Of a stretch of DNA of 64,000 nt, positions 12,330 to 24,745 are shown piece by piece (position 1 is the stretch's first letter; the number at the start of each line of letters is the position of its first letter). The notes below the pieces were generated by a model that was given only the letters and a program-made list of their open reading frames with translations, was not told where the DNA came from and did no database searches. This DNA is from Anthoceros angustus (Eukaryota > Plantae > Anthocerotophyta), in contig MU008177.1 of the NCBI GenBank assembly GCA_010909165.1, forward strand, positions 310,001-374,000, given 5' to 3'. The translations under genes and the position numbers were made by a program.

Positions 12330-13380
12330 GAAATGGTGAAGTTATAAGGTAGAAGTTATAACATGATTAGTGTTAATTAATCTCATGTGCTTATGTTAAT
12401 TAAACATGGTTACCAATAGCTAAGTGTGGATAAGCTCAAGTAATATGCTTTGGCACATTCCTTGCATATTATAGTGTATTCTTAGGATACAATAGCTAAG
12501 TGAATAAGCTCAAGTAATATGCTTTGGCATATTCGTTGCATATTATAGTGTATTCTTAGGATATTTCCGGCATATGCTGATGCCAATAGGATATCTTAGG
12601 AATATGCCGATGCCAAGGGCTAGTATATATAGACCCTTCCATTGAGGACAAGCTCAGATCATAGCTTGTCCTCTAGATATGCAATGCAAGGGTGTTGTGA
12701 GGAGGCCAAAGCTATGACTCCGAGAGCGATGTGTGAGGAATTTGCGTGTTGTTCTCGTGGGGAGAGTGTGTTTGTGCCACGATGTGCGAGCTAGTCCCTC
12801 CTGTTGTTACAAGCTATGATCTCTGTGTGTGTACGCTAGATAGGCGTGCTAGGATTGATAGGGGATACTAGGTGATGCTTGGCGATGCTACGTGACGCTA
12901 GGCGATGCTAGGCAACGCTAGCTCTTTAAGCAAGTATGCAAGGAACCCTCTAAAGTGTGCCCAAGGCTTGAGACAAAGAGAAGTGGATCCAAGTCCAAGG
13001 AGAGGAGGCGAAGAAGCCCAAGTCCAAGGCCAAGGAGAGGAGGCGAAGAAGCCCAAGTCCAAGGCCAAGGAGAGGACGCGAAGAAGCCCAAAGTCCAAGG
13101 AGAGGAATGAAGCCTCCACAAGGGGGTTTGGCCTTTTAAGGCCAACCAACCAAGGGAGAAACAAGAGTATTTTACTCTTGGGTGCCGGATTTCAAGGGGT
13201 AAGGGAAGAGTGGATATGCATGGATATATCATCAGTCCATTTGATTTCACTTTGTGTCCAAAACTTCTAACTGGTTGGCACCCCATTCAGGTACTGATCC
13301 ACCTCACATATGCTTAACTTCCTAACTGGTTGGCACCCCATCCAGGTACTGATCCACCTCACAGGTGCTTAACTCTAGAG
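12330..13380 (+). mobile_element. LTR-like/untranslated retroelement segment with internal tandem duplications
   Basis: ~74-bp duplication (12416-12562), TATA-like tatatataga near 12625, ~33-bp GGAGAGGAGGCGAAGAAGCCCAAGTCCAAGGCC repeats (12990-13100) and a ~54-bp duplication (13268-13378). It lies upstream of gag-like sequence. Ends and TSD were not defined. Confidence 0.4.
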
Positions 13381-13779
13381 TTCTGATGTTTTTGCTGTCC
13401 AACTCACAACAACAACAACAACAACTTTATTTATGTCCACTAAGGATGGAAGAACCATCATGGGACGAGGAGATAGTCAGTAAAGAGGTTTAAAAACCGA
13501 GTACAATTACACTTACGTCGTCTGACTAGAGATACACATATGAGGGAAGCGAGAAAGAAGGTTGTCCAACTCACCCACCTCAAGTTTTTTATGTATAAGG
13601 ATGTAGACTAAAGAAGTATTTGTATGCAATTTAGACATATAGATACTTAGAGGTTTCACTAATCACGATCTAAGTTAGCGGGTGTTAACCTTGATTAAGG
13701 GTTTGACCTAGCCACTAACCGCTGAGTACATGCACAGACACACTCAATTGGACGGAGCTACCAACCAAGAAGTCCATCG

Positions 13780-16200
13780 GGCGGGTCGAAGTCGACCAAG
13801 AGAAGTACAAACACCTCAATTTTGGTACTGTGAGGGCGGAAGAACCCAGTGACCCAATCAACAATCTTTGAAGGATCTGTAAGTGGCAACACACAAGACA
13901 CGTTGGTGCTGCCGGGACAACTTTCGGAGCAGCGGCGGAGGACTTGTCTCTAAGAGTCGTCAAGATGGGAGGAGACAAGGATCGAATGGAGTTGTTCAGC
14001 GGGGCGGCGGGCACCCTTATCGAGACTTCGCCGAGAAATGCAGTGCGGTGTGCGGAGATGGAATTGAGGCCGGATACACCAAGCGATGGCTTCATCCAAA
14101 TGCCGAAGTACTTGGGGATGAAGCATTGGCATGCTATCGAGAGCACAAGCCGAGGTTGTTGAGCGTCTGGAGGACGTGAGTAGATTCCATCTCGAAGGAA
14201 CGGTCTGAACGGAGGCGGTGGCACCAGTGGGCACGATCCCATCAAGAGATGTTTGACATCTTCCGTTTGAGTTTTCGCAAGCACGGATGAGAAGATCTCC
14301 GGTGACACACTTCAAGATGAAGGCAGGTGCTAAAGATGGCTTCTACCGAGTCGACCCGGTTGATGCGGTGACACAAGATCATGAGTGACCAGGTGCAGAG
14401 AAATGCTTGCAAGCATTGCCATATCTGGCATGAAGGTGCAACAAGCGGTGCAGTGAAGGAAAACATTACACTTTCAAGGAAGTGTACCAGATGTCTAACA
14501 AGATAGGGCCCGCTGACACTTTCTCTCGTCTTTGTTGCAAGTGATTACTCCGGTACAAGTAGGAGTGGTGGGCGACATGGCCAGCCGGAGGTCAGTGGAG
14601 GAGCTTGGCGAGACAAGCCACCCACTGACCCAAGTGATGAGCCCTGCGTGAGGTGTCGAGACGGACCATTCCCCTCATGAGTGCGAGCATGCATTGAGGA
14701 GTCAAGGGTGAGGAGCCATGCCCTAGGCAGGGAGGTATGGGCACAATGAAGCGGCGTGTTGGGAGAAGCATCCGGTGCGGCCTCACGGGTTATCGAGCAT
14801 CAAGCCAAGCCAAGCGCATCTACGCCAACCTCGGGGTTGGTCGTCTTTGGGGTTTGACCTCAAGGTCCGACCTTATTACAGTGGTCCTCAAGTCCGGACC
14901 CCAATCCCGGACCGCCCTCTTTGTTGGGGCCGTCCTCGCTCGGTCCCTTCCACGGCTTGGGTCCGGTTGGTTTCCTCCTCCCACCTCTTTCGGGGCCCTC
15001 GTCCCTATCCTCCCTGGCTGGTTGCGGCGGACTTACCTCAAGGGCCGTTACATTGGCCGCGTCCTGCTCCTCCTGGGGCTCTTCTCCACCGCTGCCGTCA
15101 TCACCAAACAAGGCCACCAAGGCCCCAGCGCTGTCCCCATGCCCTTCTTCCCCTTCCACTCCCTCGACCCTTGGGAGTCCATCGGGATTCGAAGTCCCCG
15201 AGAGAAGTAGTACAAACACCTCAATTTTGGTACCAGAAGGGCGCGGAAGAACCCCCAATCAACAATCTTTGAAGGATCATGGTGGCAACACACAAGACGT
15301 TGGTGCTGCCGGGACAACTCGGTGAGCGGCGGCGAGGAGGACTTGTCTCTAAGAGTCGTCAAGATGGGAGGAGACAAGGATCGAATGGAGTTGTTCACGG
15401 GGCTGCACCTGGTGGAGGACTTCATCGCCGAAATCTGTGCGGTGTGCGGAGATGGAATTGAAGACCCGGATACAAGCGATATGGCTTCATCCAAATGCCG
15501 AAGTACTTGGGGATGAAGCATTGGCATGCTATCGAGCACAAGCCGAGGTTGTTGAGCGGTCTGGAGGACCGGTGAGTGGCAGTTCATCTCCAGAAGGAAC
15601 CGGTGCGAAAGGCGGTGGCACCAGTGGGCACGATCCCATCAAGAGATGTTTGACATCTTCCATTTGGAGTTTTCGCAAGCACGGATGAGAAGATCTCCGG
15701 TGACACACTTCAAGATGAAGGCAGTGCAAGATGGCTTTAGAAGAGTCGACCCGGTTGATGCGTGACACCAAGATCATGAGTGACCCGTGGTGCGTACTTG
15801 CAAGCATTGCCATATCATGCGCATGAAGGTGCAACAAGCGGTTTGACGAAGGAAAACATTACACTTTCAAGGTATACGAGATGTCTAACAAGATAGGGCC
15901 CGGACACTTTTCTCGTCTTTGTGCAAGTGATTACTCCGGTCAAGTAGGAGTGGTGGGCGACATGAGCCGGAGGTCGAGTGGAGGAGCTTGGCGAGACAAG
16001 CCAGCCCACACAGCCCAAGTGATGAGCCCCTGCGTGAGGTGTCGAGGGACAGACCATTCCCCTCATGAGTGCGAGCATGCATTCGGAGGAGTCAAGGGTG
16101 AGGAGCCATGCCCTAGCTGTGGGAGGTATGGGCACAATGAAGCGACGTGTTGGGAGAAGCATCCCGAATTGCGGCCTACGGGTTATCGAGCATCAACCCC
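13780..16200 (+). pseudogene. Retrotransposon gag-like ORF with two CCHC zinc knuckles, present as two degenerate tandem copies (~1.4-kb period)
   Basis: CVRCRGTDHSPHEC and CPSCGRYGHNEATCWEKHPELRP in ORF 15881-16633. The upstream gag-core-like segment is repeated at ~13790 and ~15195 with many indels. Confidence 0.7.
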
Positions 16201-19200
16201 GGCCAACGCATCTACGTCAACCTCAGGGTTCGGTCTCGTCTTTGGGGTTCGGACCTCAAGGTCCGACCTTATTACCAGGGTCTGGTCCTCAAGTCCCGGA
16301 CCCCCAATCCCCGGACCGCCTACTGTTAGGGGCCCGTCCTCGCTCACCGGTCCCCTTCCCTGGCTTGGGTCCGGTTGGTTTCCTCCTCCCACCTCTTTCG
16401 GGGCCCTCGTCCCTATCCTCCCTGGCTGGTTGCGGCGGACTTACCTCAAGGGCCGTTACATTGGCGCGTCCTCCCTCTGGGGCTCTTCTCCACCGCTGCC
16501 CTCATCACCAAACAAGGCCACCAAGGCCCCAGCGCTATCCCCATGCCCTTCTTCCCCTTCCACTCCCTCTGACCCTTCCGAGGTCCATCCGATTCGTGAA
16601 GCTTCCAACGCCTTGAGGAGCTCAGCGTGGTAGTAGGCAAAATCCGAGTCGATTTGTTGGATTGCCTCCTCCACATGCGCCCGGAGCACCCGATACTCCC
16701 TTCGCCATAGGTGCTCCGGGGCGGCGTGTCGCTTCTTTGTCGTCTCTCCCCGGGTTTGTCGGTGGGCGGGCGAATCTCGCGAGGCCACAAGGGCGGCCTC
16801 CGTTACTTCCTGCAACCTCCTTCTTTGCTCCACTCCGGCTCCGTCGTTTCGTTCCGACTTCACCATGACGCGGCGCTCCCCTCCGCCTTCCTCAAGCTGG
16901 ACGGGCTTCTTTTCGTCAAGGCCCTTGCTCCTCCGTTCATTCGGCTAAGCTCGCCATCTCCCTCCCGTGTCCGGCAACTCTGCCCGTTCGCGTCCGGGTT
17001 CCTCTCCATTTCGGCGTCTGCTCCTTATTCCACCGCCTTACCTCTTGATTAGCAGCTGAGTCGCTCTATCTCGCGCGTGATCCGCGATCACGCCCATGAG
17101 CCGTTCCGCTCGATTGTATCTTGGGCTGCGCTCAAGGTCTCCTGCGGTCTTCCATCTCCTTGTTCTTCCACTCGCATGGCAGGCGGAGATCCTCCATCTC
17201 CTTGTTGCTGGCCTCCTTCTCTTACTGCAGGTGACCCGTGCTGTTCCACTTCTCTCCGCCTTGAGTTAGCAGCTGTCCGTCTCCCTCCACCGGTTTGATC
17301 CGCGGTAGTGATCTCGGTCGGTCTTAGCCTTGACTTCGCCTCGCGCCTTCACACGAGCCTCCGCGGCTTGGTGTTGTTCCCTAGCCGCCTCGGCCGGTCT
17401 CGAGCCGCTCCGCTGCCCTCATCACCAAACAAGGCCACCAAGGCCCGCTGTCCATGCCCTTCTTCCCTTCCACTCCCTCGACCCTTCCGAGGTCCATCCG
17501 ATTCGTGAAGCTTCCAACGCCTTGAGGAGCTAGTGGTAGTAGGCAAAATCCGAGTCGATTTGTTGGATTGCCTCCTCCACATCGCCCGAGCACCCGATAC
17601 TCCCGCCATAGGTGCTCGGTGCGTCTTTGTCGCTGGCAGTCCGTCTCTCCGCCAGTTTGTCGGTGGGCGGGCGAATCTCGCGAGGCCACAAGGCGGCCTC
17701 GTTACTGCAACCTCCTGCGCTCACTTGCTCCGGCTCCGTCGTTTAGTTCACGCCGGCTTCCCCGCCATGACGCAGCGCTCCCCCTCCGCCTTCCTCAACT
17801 GGACCAGCAGCTTCTTTTCTGCGTCCAAGGCCCTTGCTCCTCCGTTCATTCTGGCCTGAAGCTCCGCCATCTCCCTCCCCAGGCGGTCCGGCAACTCTGC
17901 CCGATTTCGCGCTTCGTCCAGGTTCCTCTCCATTTCGGCGACGTCCTGCTCCTTGTTCCACCGCCTTACCTCTTGGCCAGCTGAGTCGCTCTATCTCGCG
18001 CGTGATCCGCGATCCCTGAGCCCGTTCCGCTGATTGTATTTTGGGCTGCGGCTCAAGGTCTCCTGCGGTCTTCCATCTCCTTGTTCTTCCTTGCACGCGA
18101 GTCAGGAGATCCTCCATCTCCTTGTTCTGGCCTCCTTCTCTTCGCAGTGACCCCGTGCTTGTTCAGCCCACTTCTTCGCTTGGGTTGGCATACATCCTGC
18201 CACCTCCACGGTTTGATCCGCGGTAGTGATCTCGGTCGGTCTTAGCGCGGCTTCCGCCTCGCGCCGTCTTCGAGCCTCCGCGGCTTGGTGTTGTTCCTGC
18301 CGAGCCGCCTCGGCCAGGTCTCGAGCCCGCTCCGCCTGGCCTCGGGCTTCCTCCAGCTCCCCTGCGCTTCCGTCGCTGCGGTCCTCTGCCGGGCTTGGGG
18401 CCTCCTGCACCTTGTTTGCAGTGAAGGACCTTGGTCCGGTCTTGCTGAATAGACCGGACCTCCCGCTCTGCTTCCCGGCGCTTTCCCTCCTCGATTCGAG
18501 CGAGGGATTCCGCCTTCTTCTTCGCCTCTTGGGCCACCTCCACCTGCTCCTGGAGGAGCACCATGCGCCTCCTTGTTGCCTCCACCTCCTGGGTCTTCTC
18601 TGCCATCCCACAGAGACCCCAAAGCATACCGTCCATGACGGTAGCCAAAACTCGCCGTGTTTCTTCCACGGCCGCCGCTGGTGAGGCACCCAAGAAGTCC
18701 GTCGTGGGTGCGGGCATCTCCCGGTCCGCTAAGGACCGCCCGGCTGATCAGGAGTCCGGACTCGGCTCTCCGGACTGATCGGGACCCTCGGTCACAGGTG
18801 CCTGAGTCGGCCCTTCCACTTCCTTGGCCGTTTGGCTAGCTTTCGCCGCCGTCTTCGTTTTGGGCTTGGTGGCGGCGAGGGGTCGGGAGCTCGTTCCTCT
18901 CCCGTCGGAGGCAGGGGGCTCCGGATGTGGGCTGCTGGCCCCCAGGCGGCGTCCCTCTCTGCCTCCTCACGGCTTCCGCCTCCTGCCACTCCGTGGGTAG
19001 GGAGGCGGCAGTGGCTCCTTGGCGCTTTGTTGGTGGGAGCCACCTTCCGCCTCGACGACTCGTTTCGTCGGCGTGGCTCACTTGCTCCGGCTCCGTCGTT
19101 TAGTTCACGCCGGCTTCCCCACCATGACGCGGCGCTCCCCTCCGCCTTCCTCAAGCTGGATCCCGGCTTCTGCGTCAAGGCCCTTGCTCCTCCGTTCATT

Positions 19201-22200
19201 CTGGCCTAAAGCTCCGCCATCTCCCTCCCAGGCGGTCGCAACTCTCGCTTCGTCCATTCCTCTCCATTTCGGCGGCGTCTGCTCCTTATTCCACCGCCTC
19301 TTGCCCAATGGCTGAGTCGCTCTATCTCGCGCGTGATCCGCGATCCCTGAGCCCGTTCCGCTGATTGTATTTTGGGCTGCGGCTCAAGGTCTCCTGCGGT
19401 CTTCCATCTCCTTGTTGCTGGCCTCCTTCTTCCCTTCCACGGCGAGTCAGGAGATCCTCCATCTCCTTGTTCTGGCCTCCTTCTCTTCGCAGTGACCCCG
19501 TGCTTGTTCAGCCCACTTCTTCGCTTGGGTTGGCATACATCCTGCCACCTCCACGGTTTGATCCGCGGTAGTGATCTCGGTCGGTCTTAGCGCGGCTTCC
19601 GCCTCACGCGCCGTCTTCACCTGAGCCTCCGCGGCTTGGTGTTGTTCCTGCCTAGCCGCCTCGGCCAGGTCTCGAGCCCGCTCCGCCTGCCCTCGGGCTT
19701 CCTCCAGCTCCCCTGCGCTTCCGTCGCTGCGGAGGTCCTCTGCCGGGCTTGAGCCTCACAGTACTGCCTGTTGCACATTGAAGGACCTTGGTCCGGTCTT
19801 GCTGAACAGACCGGACCTCCCGCTCTGACGCTTCCCGGCGCTTTCCCTCCTCGATTGATTATTCGCCGCCTCTTGGGCCACCTCCACTGCTGGAGGAGCA
19901 CCATGCACCTCCTTGTTGCCTCCACCTCCACAGGTCTTCTCTGCCATCCCACGAGACCCCCAAAGCATACCGTCCATGGCGGTAGCCAAAACTTCGCCGT
20001 GTTCTTCCACGGCCGGTGAGGCACCCAGAAGTCCGTCGTGGGTGCGGGCATTTCGTCCGCTGGGACCGCGGGGCTGATGGGAGGAGTCGGACTCGGCTCT
20101 CCGGACTGATCAGACCCTGTGTCCTGGTGCCCCTCCGGCCCTTCCACTTCCTTGGCGCTTTGGTCGCTAGCTCCTTCGCCGTCTTCGTTTTGGGCTTGGT
20201 GGCGGAGGGGGTCGGGAGCTGGCTCGTTCCTCTCCCGTCGGAGGCAGGGCCCGGAGCTCCGGATGTAGTGGCCCCGGCCTCAGCGGCGTCCCTCTCGCCC
20301 TCCTCACGGCTTCCGCCTCCTGCCACTCCGTGGGTAGGCACCGCAAACTCCTTGGCGCTTCGTTGGTGGGAGCCACCTTCCGCCTCTTGAGACTCGTTTG
20401 TCGGTGGCTCAGCTCTGCTGTGGCGGGTTCTTTGGTGGCGGCGTCGCCCGGCGTCAACTCCCTTCCGTAGGTGCTCCGTCCGTGAGCACCTCGCCTCCGG
20501 AACCCGGAAGGAGGGCGGGGATATCCTCCCATACCTCTTGGGGCGGCGAGGGGGTCCGCTCCAGCCGGATGGAGTCGAATCCCTCCCAATCTTGTCCTCC
20601 CGGGCCCGTTTGGCCTTAGGAGGTCGGGCCTCCGTCTCGGGCGCCCGCCTTCTCGCTCCGCCTCTAGTAGGGCCGCCAACCCTTTCCAGCGCGCTCCTCT
20701 TCTCCCTCCTTTAGGAGGTTGAGGTGTCCACACATGAATGAGGAATGGGGCAGTCTTGAGGCGGCTTCACTCCGTAGCTTTCGGCCTCTTGGCCGGTCAG
20801 GCGAGGATATCGCCCAGTCGGCCCGTTGCCCCTGTAGGGCGTGGAGGAACACCAAAAGATTATCACCAAGGTGATCCACCTTGGTGAGCATGTTCAATGG
20901 ACAATGACCTTAGCCACTTGCCCTCACCCGCCTATCCGTGGTCCAGGCCGACCCGGCCGTTTGGCCTGCGTCCTGGTAGCAGCGCCCGCGCCTTCTACCT
21001 TCCCCTCACCTTGAGGCTCGGGACTCCCAATTTCTTCCACGGGCGGTTGTAAACGCCCTCTCGGGACCTCACGGTCCACCTCCTGGGGTCCTCCCTCAAG
21101 CTTTTGGGCGGACCTCCTTGTTGGACAGCCGGCATCTTAGTGTATTCCGTGACAAGTGTGACGCTGTCGAACATCCACACCGCGCTGAAGATGTCCAGAT
21201 GCCACTTCTCCACCAAGTCCTCTGCCTCCTCCAGCCAGGGTCCGAAGTCGGGGTATCTCCTGGTGACAATGTTGCGCTCCACTAGGCGCCGGCTCCCATA
21301 CCTTGGCCTTCTTGGGTCCCATCGCCGCCTTCTTCTTGCTCCGTTGGCCTGATGGCCTTGTGCGCTCCTCTTCTCCCTCCTTTAGGAGGTTGAGGTGTCC
21401 ACACATGAATGAGGAATGGGGGCCGGTCTTGTGGAGGCTTCGCTCCGTAGCTTTCGGCCTCTGGCCCCGATCAGGCGAGGATAATACGCCCCCAGTCGGC
21501 CGTTGCCCAGAGGCGTGGAGGAACACCAGATTATCACCAAGGTGATCCACCTTGGTGAGCATGTTCAATGGACAATGACCTTAGCCTCGCCTCACCCGCC
21601 TATCCGGTGGTCGGCATTGACCCTGGTTTAATGACTCGTCCTGGTCGCGATCGCCGCGCTTCTACCTTCCCCTCACCTTGAGGGGCTCCGGACTCACTTT
21701 CTTCCACCGGGCGGTTGTAAACCGCCCTCAGGACCTCCACGGTCCACCTCCTAGGGTCCTCCCTCAAGCTTTTGGAGCGGACCTCCTTGTTGGCGGCAAC
21801 ATCTTCCGGTGTATTCGTGACAAGTGTGACTGTCGAACATCCACAGAAGATGTCCAGATGCCACTTCTCCACAAGTCCTCTGCCTCCTCCGGCCGGGGTC
21901 CGAAGTCGGGGTATCTCCTGGTGACAATGTTGCGCTCCACTAGGCGCCAGGGTTCCCATACCTTCGCGGCCTTCTTGGGTCCCATCGCCGCCTTCTTCTT
22001 GCTCCGCTGTTAGCGGCTGTTGGCGATTATTGGCACGCTGCTCCTTCTTCGCCGCGTTCGCTGCTCCAACCACGAAGGTGAGCCGCGCGAGAAGGCTCAA
22101 AGAGGTAGCGCCAAAGAGCGCGGTGGCGGAGCGCGAGAGACTGTGAAAATCGTCACGAGGTCACAAAGAGAAATGGTCTACACTCCAAGTCGCGACGTCG

Positions 22201-23262
22201 GGAGTAGTCGCGGAGGCGGAGGTGTCCCTTGCTGCCCGTGGCTCAGTGCATGGCCTACTCATATACGCTTCGCTTACTCTGGCCTTACGCCGCGCGTACT
22301 CTAACCTCTGGCCCAGGCCTTACTCGGGCGTGAATACACCCTAGTGACCGCGCAGCAACCTGCGGTCTGATGCTGCTGCATGCACGTCTACCACTCGGAC
22401 CGTCCGTGAACCTCCGCCTCCGGAACCAGAAGGAGGGAGGCAGGGATATCCTCCCATACCTCTCGGGGCGGCGAGGGGGTCCGCTCCAGCCGGATGGAGT
22501 CCGGAATCCCCTCCCAATCATCGTCCTCCCGGGCCCGTTTGGCCTTAGGAGGTCGGGCCTCCGTCTCTGGCGCCTTCGCCCCTTCCCGCTCCGCCTCTGG
22601 CAGGGCCGCCAACCCTTTCCGAAGCGCCCGCTCCTCTTCTCCCTCCTTTAGGAGGTTGAGGTGTCCCCACACATGAATGAGGAATGGGGACAGTGCTGAT
22701 GGAGGCGGCTTCTCACTCCGTAGCTTTCGGCCTCTTGGACGATCCAGGCGAGATGTCATCGCTTCCCCGTTTGCTTAAGGCGTGAGGAACACCAAAGATT
22801 ATCACCAAGGTGATCCACCTTGGTGAGCATGTTCAATGGACAATGACCTTAGCCCTCGCCTCCGGTGAGTCATCGGCCCGGCCGTTTGGCGGCTGCGTCC
22901 CGCGCGGCATCGCGCCTTCTACCTTCCCCCTCACCTTGAGGGGCTCCGGGACTACACCCCCAATTTCCTCCACCGGGCGGTTGTAAACCGCCTTCAGGAC
23001 CTCCACGGTCCACCTCCTTGGGTCCTCCCTCAAGCTTTTGGAGCGGACCTCCTTGTTGGCGACGGCCAGCATCTTAGCGTATTCCCTGACAAGTGTGACT
23101 GTCGAACATCCACACCGCGCTGAAGATGTCCAGATGCCACTTCTCCACCAAGTCCTCTGCCTCCTCCAGCCAGGGTCCGAAGTCGGGGTATCTCCTGGTG
23201 ACAATGTTGCGCTCCACTAGGCGCCAGGGTTCCCATACCTTCGCGGCCTTCTTGGGTCCCAT
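14860..23262 (-). pseudogene. Long TE-associated ORF of unknown function (MGPKK... / SALSPFLIHV, coiled coil, acidic tail), scrambled by nested tandem duplications
   Basis: MGPKKAAKVWEPWRLVERNIVTRRYPDFGPWLEEAEDLVEKWHL starts at 23262, 21985 and ~21322. MNMLTKVDHLGDNL occurs three times, followed by PPPSALSPFLIHVWGHLNLL, coiled-coil segments at 18-20 kb, and EEAIQQIDSDFAYYH twice. Confidence 0.6.
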
Positions 23263-23659
23263 CGCCGCCTTCTTCTTTGTTGGCGGTGTTGGCGGTGTTG
23301 CTCCTCTTAGCGCGTTGCTCCAACCACGAAGGTGAGCCGCGAGAAGGCTCAAGAGGTAGCGCCAAAGGCGTGGCGGAGGCGAGAGGCTGTAATCGTCACG
23401 AGGTCACAAGAGAAATGGTCTACCTCAAGTCGCGGCGTCGGGAGTAGTCGCGGAGGCGGAGGTGTCCTTCGCCGCTATCGGAGGTGCATGGCTACTTCGC
23501 CTTACGCTTACTCTGGCGCCTTGCCGTGTACTCTAACCTCGTGGCCCCGGCCTTACTCGGGCGTGAATACCTCCTATGTGACCCTGCGGATCTGAGTCTG
23601 CATGCCATCTACCTCACGTCCACGCGTGGCCGATGCATCTAAATCACGCTCCAACTTCT

Positions 23660-23933
23660 AAGTTACTTTACTTGGCGTACTTATCTCGTCCTGCCCCGGA
23701 GTGCGGTCCGGACTTATCCCGATCCTCCGGTGCGTGGTTCGGAGCTCCTCCGGAGTGTGCTCTGGAGTCCTTCCACCTACTCCGGAGTCCTTACCCCTGA
23801 GTGCAATCCGGAGTACAGTCCGGAGTAGTCCGGGCTTATTTCTTCCTTTCCGCCTTATTTTGCACTCCGTACCTACGAAAAAAAAAACAAAACCTAACTC
23901 ATTTCCTACCCCGGGGAGAGTCCGTGGTCCACA
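23660..23933 (-). mobile_element. Probable terminal repeat/LTR end of the element carrying the minus-strand ORF
   Basis: Dense TCCGGA(GT) motifs; the segment ends in ...gtggtccaca (TG... start on the minus strand). No partner LTR was identified. Confidence 0.35.
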
Positions 23934-24000
23934 TTTAGTCATCTCTAAAATGGAGGAAGTCAATTGCACTCAAGGACTTCCGGCTCGACTAGACATCTCG

Positions 24001-24108
24001 ATCGGAGTTCGACAAAATATGAGCGCTTTTGAATCTATTGGAGTTCAACAAAATATGAGCGCTTTCGGTTCTATCAGAGTTCAACAAAATATGAGCTCTT
24101 TCAGTTCT
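24001..24108. repeat. Three tandem 36-bp units (no spacers)
   Basis: atcggagttcgacaaaatatgagcgcttttgaatct followed by two variants. Confidence 0.9.
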
Positions 24109-24404
24109 ATCACAAGGCGTTCGAAGAAGAAGCCTCTAGAGTGACGATGCATGCACCATCACTTGCGCAAGTGCAAAATTTCCTGAGCTCTAGAATGTAG
24201 TTGTACTTATAAATGTCAAATTTCTGAGGTTCAAATGTTAATGCGATTGCTCTGAAGGATAGAACATTCAGGGTATGATATCGTGATGAATATTTTCTTA
24301 AACTGCACATGAGTTGATTATGATATAGAGTGTTGAGATTAAAAACAACCTTATTTTAAGAGCTTGTAAAGGGTCGTGTGCCCAAAGCTGACATGTACAT
24401 ATGG

Positions 24405-24565
24405 TTCCAATTTACTCTCTGGTTACTTCCTAATTATCTGTCTATTTGACTTCAATTTACTCTCTATTTTACTTCCTAATTAACTCTCTATTTGACTTCA
24501 ATTTACTCTCTAATTTACTTCCTAATTAACTCTCTATTTGATTCCAATTTACTCTCTAATTGATT
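24405..24565. repeat. ~3.5 tandem units of ~46 bp, pyrimidine-rich
   Basis: ttcaatttactctct...ttacttcctaattaactctctatttgac repeated. Confidence 0.9.
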
Positions 24566-24745
24566 CTAATATTTTCTCTATTTTTTTTTATGATATGCAA
24601 TTATAAGGGCTAGTAATCCTTGGGAGCTAATGAAGCACATGGAGGTCTTATACAGCAATATCATGCTTTTTATTGAGTCTTTGCCTATCCACAATTTGGG
24701 CTCAATTACTTCAATTACTTGTGGTCTTAGAGTAGAGGTTTGATG

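Noticed and set aside
13268-13378. TGGTTGGCACCCC as a primer-binding site
   Set aside because: I could not match it to a tRNA 3-prime end I know, and it lies in a 54-bp duplication without a clear LTR-terminal CA.
24001-24108. 36-bp repeats of CRISPR-like length
   Set aside because: Head-to-tail with no spacers; an ordinary minisatellite.
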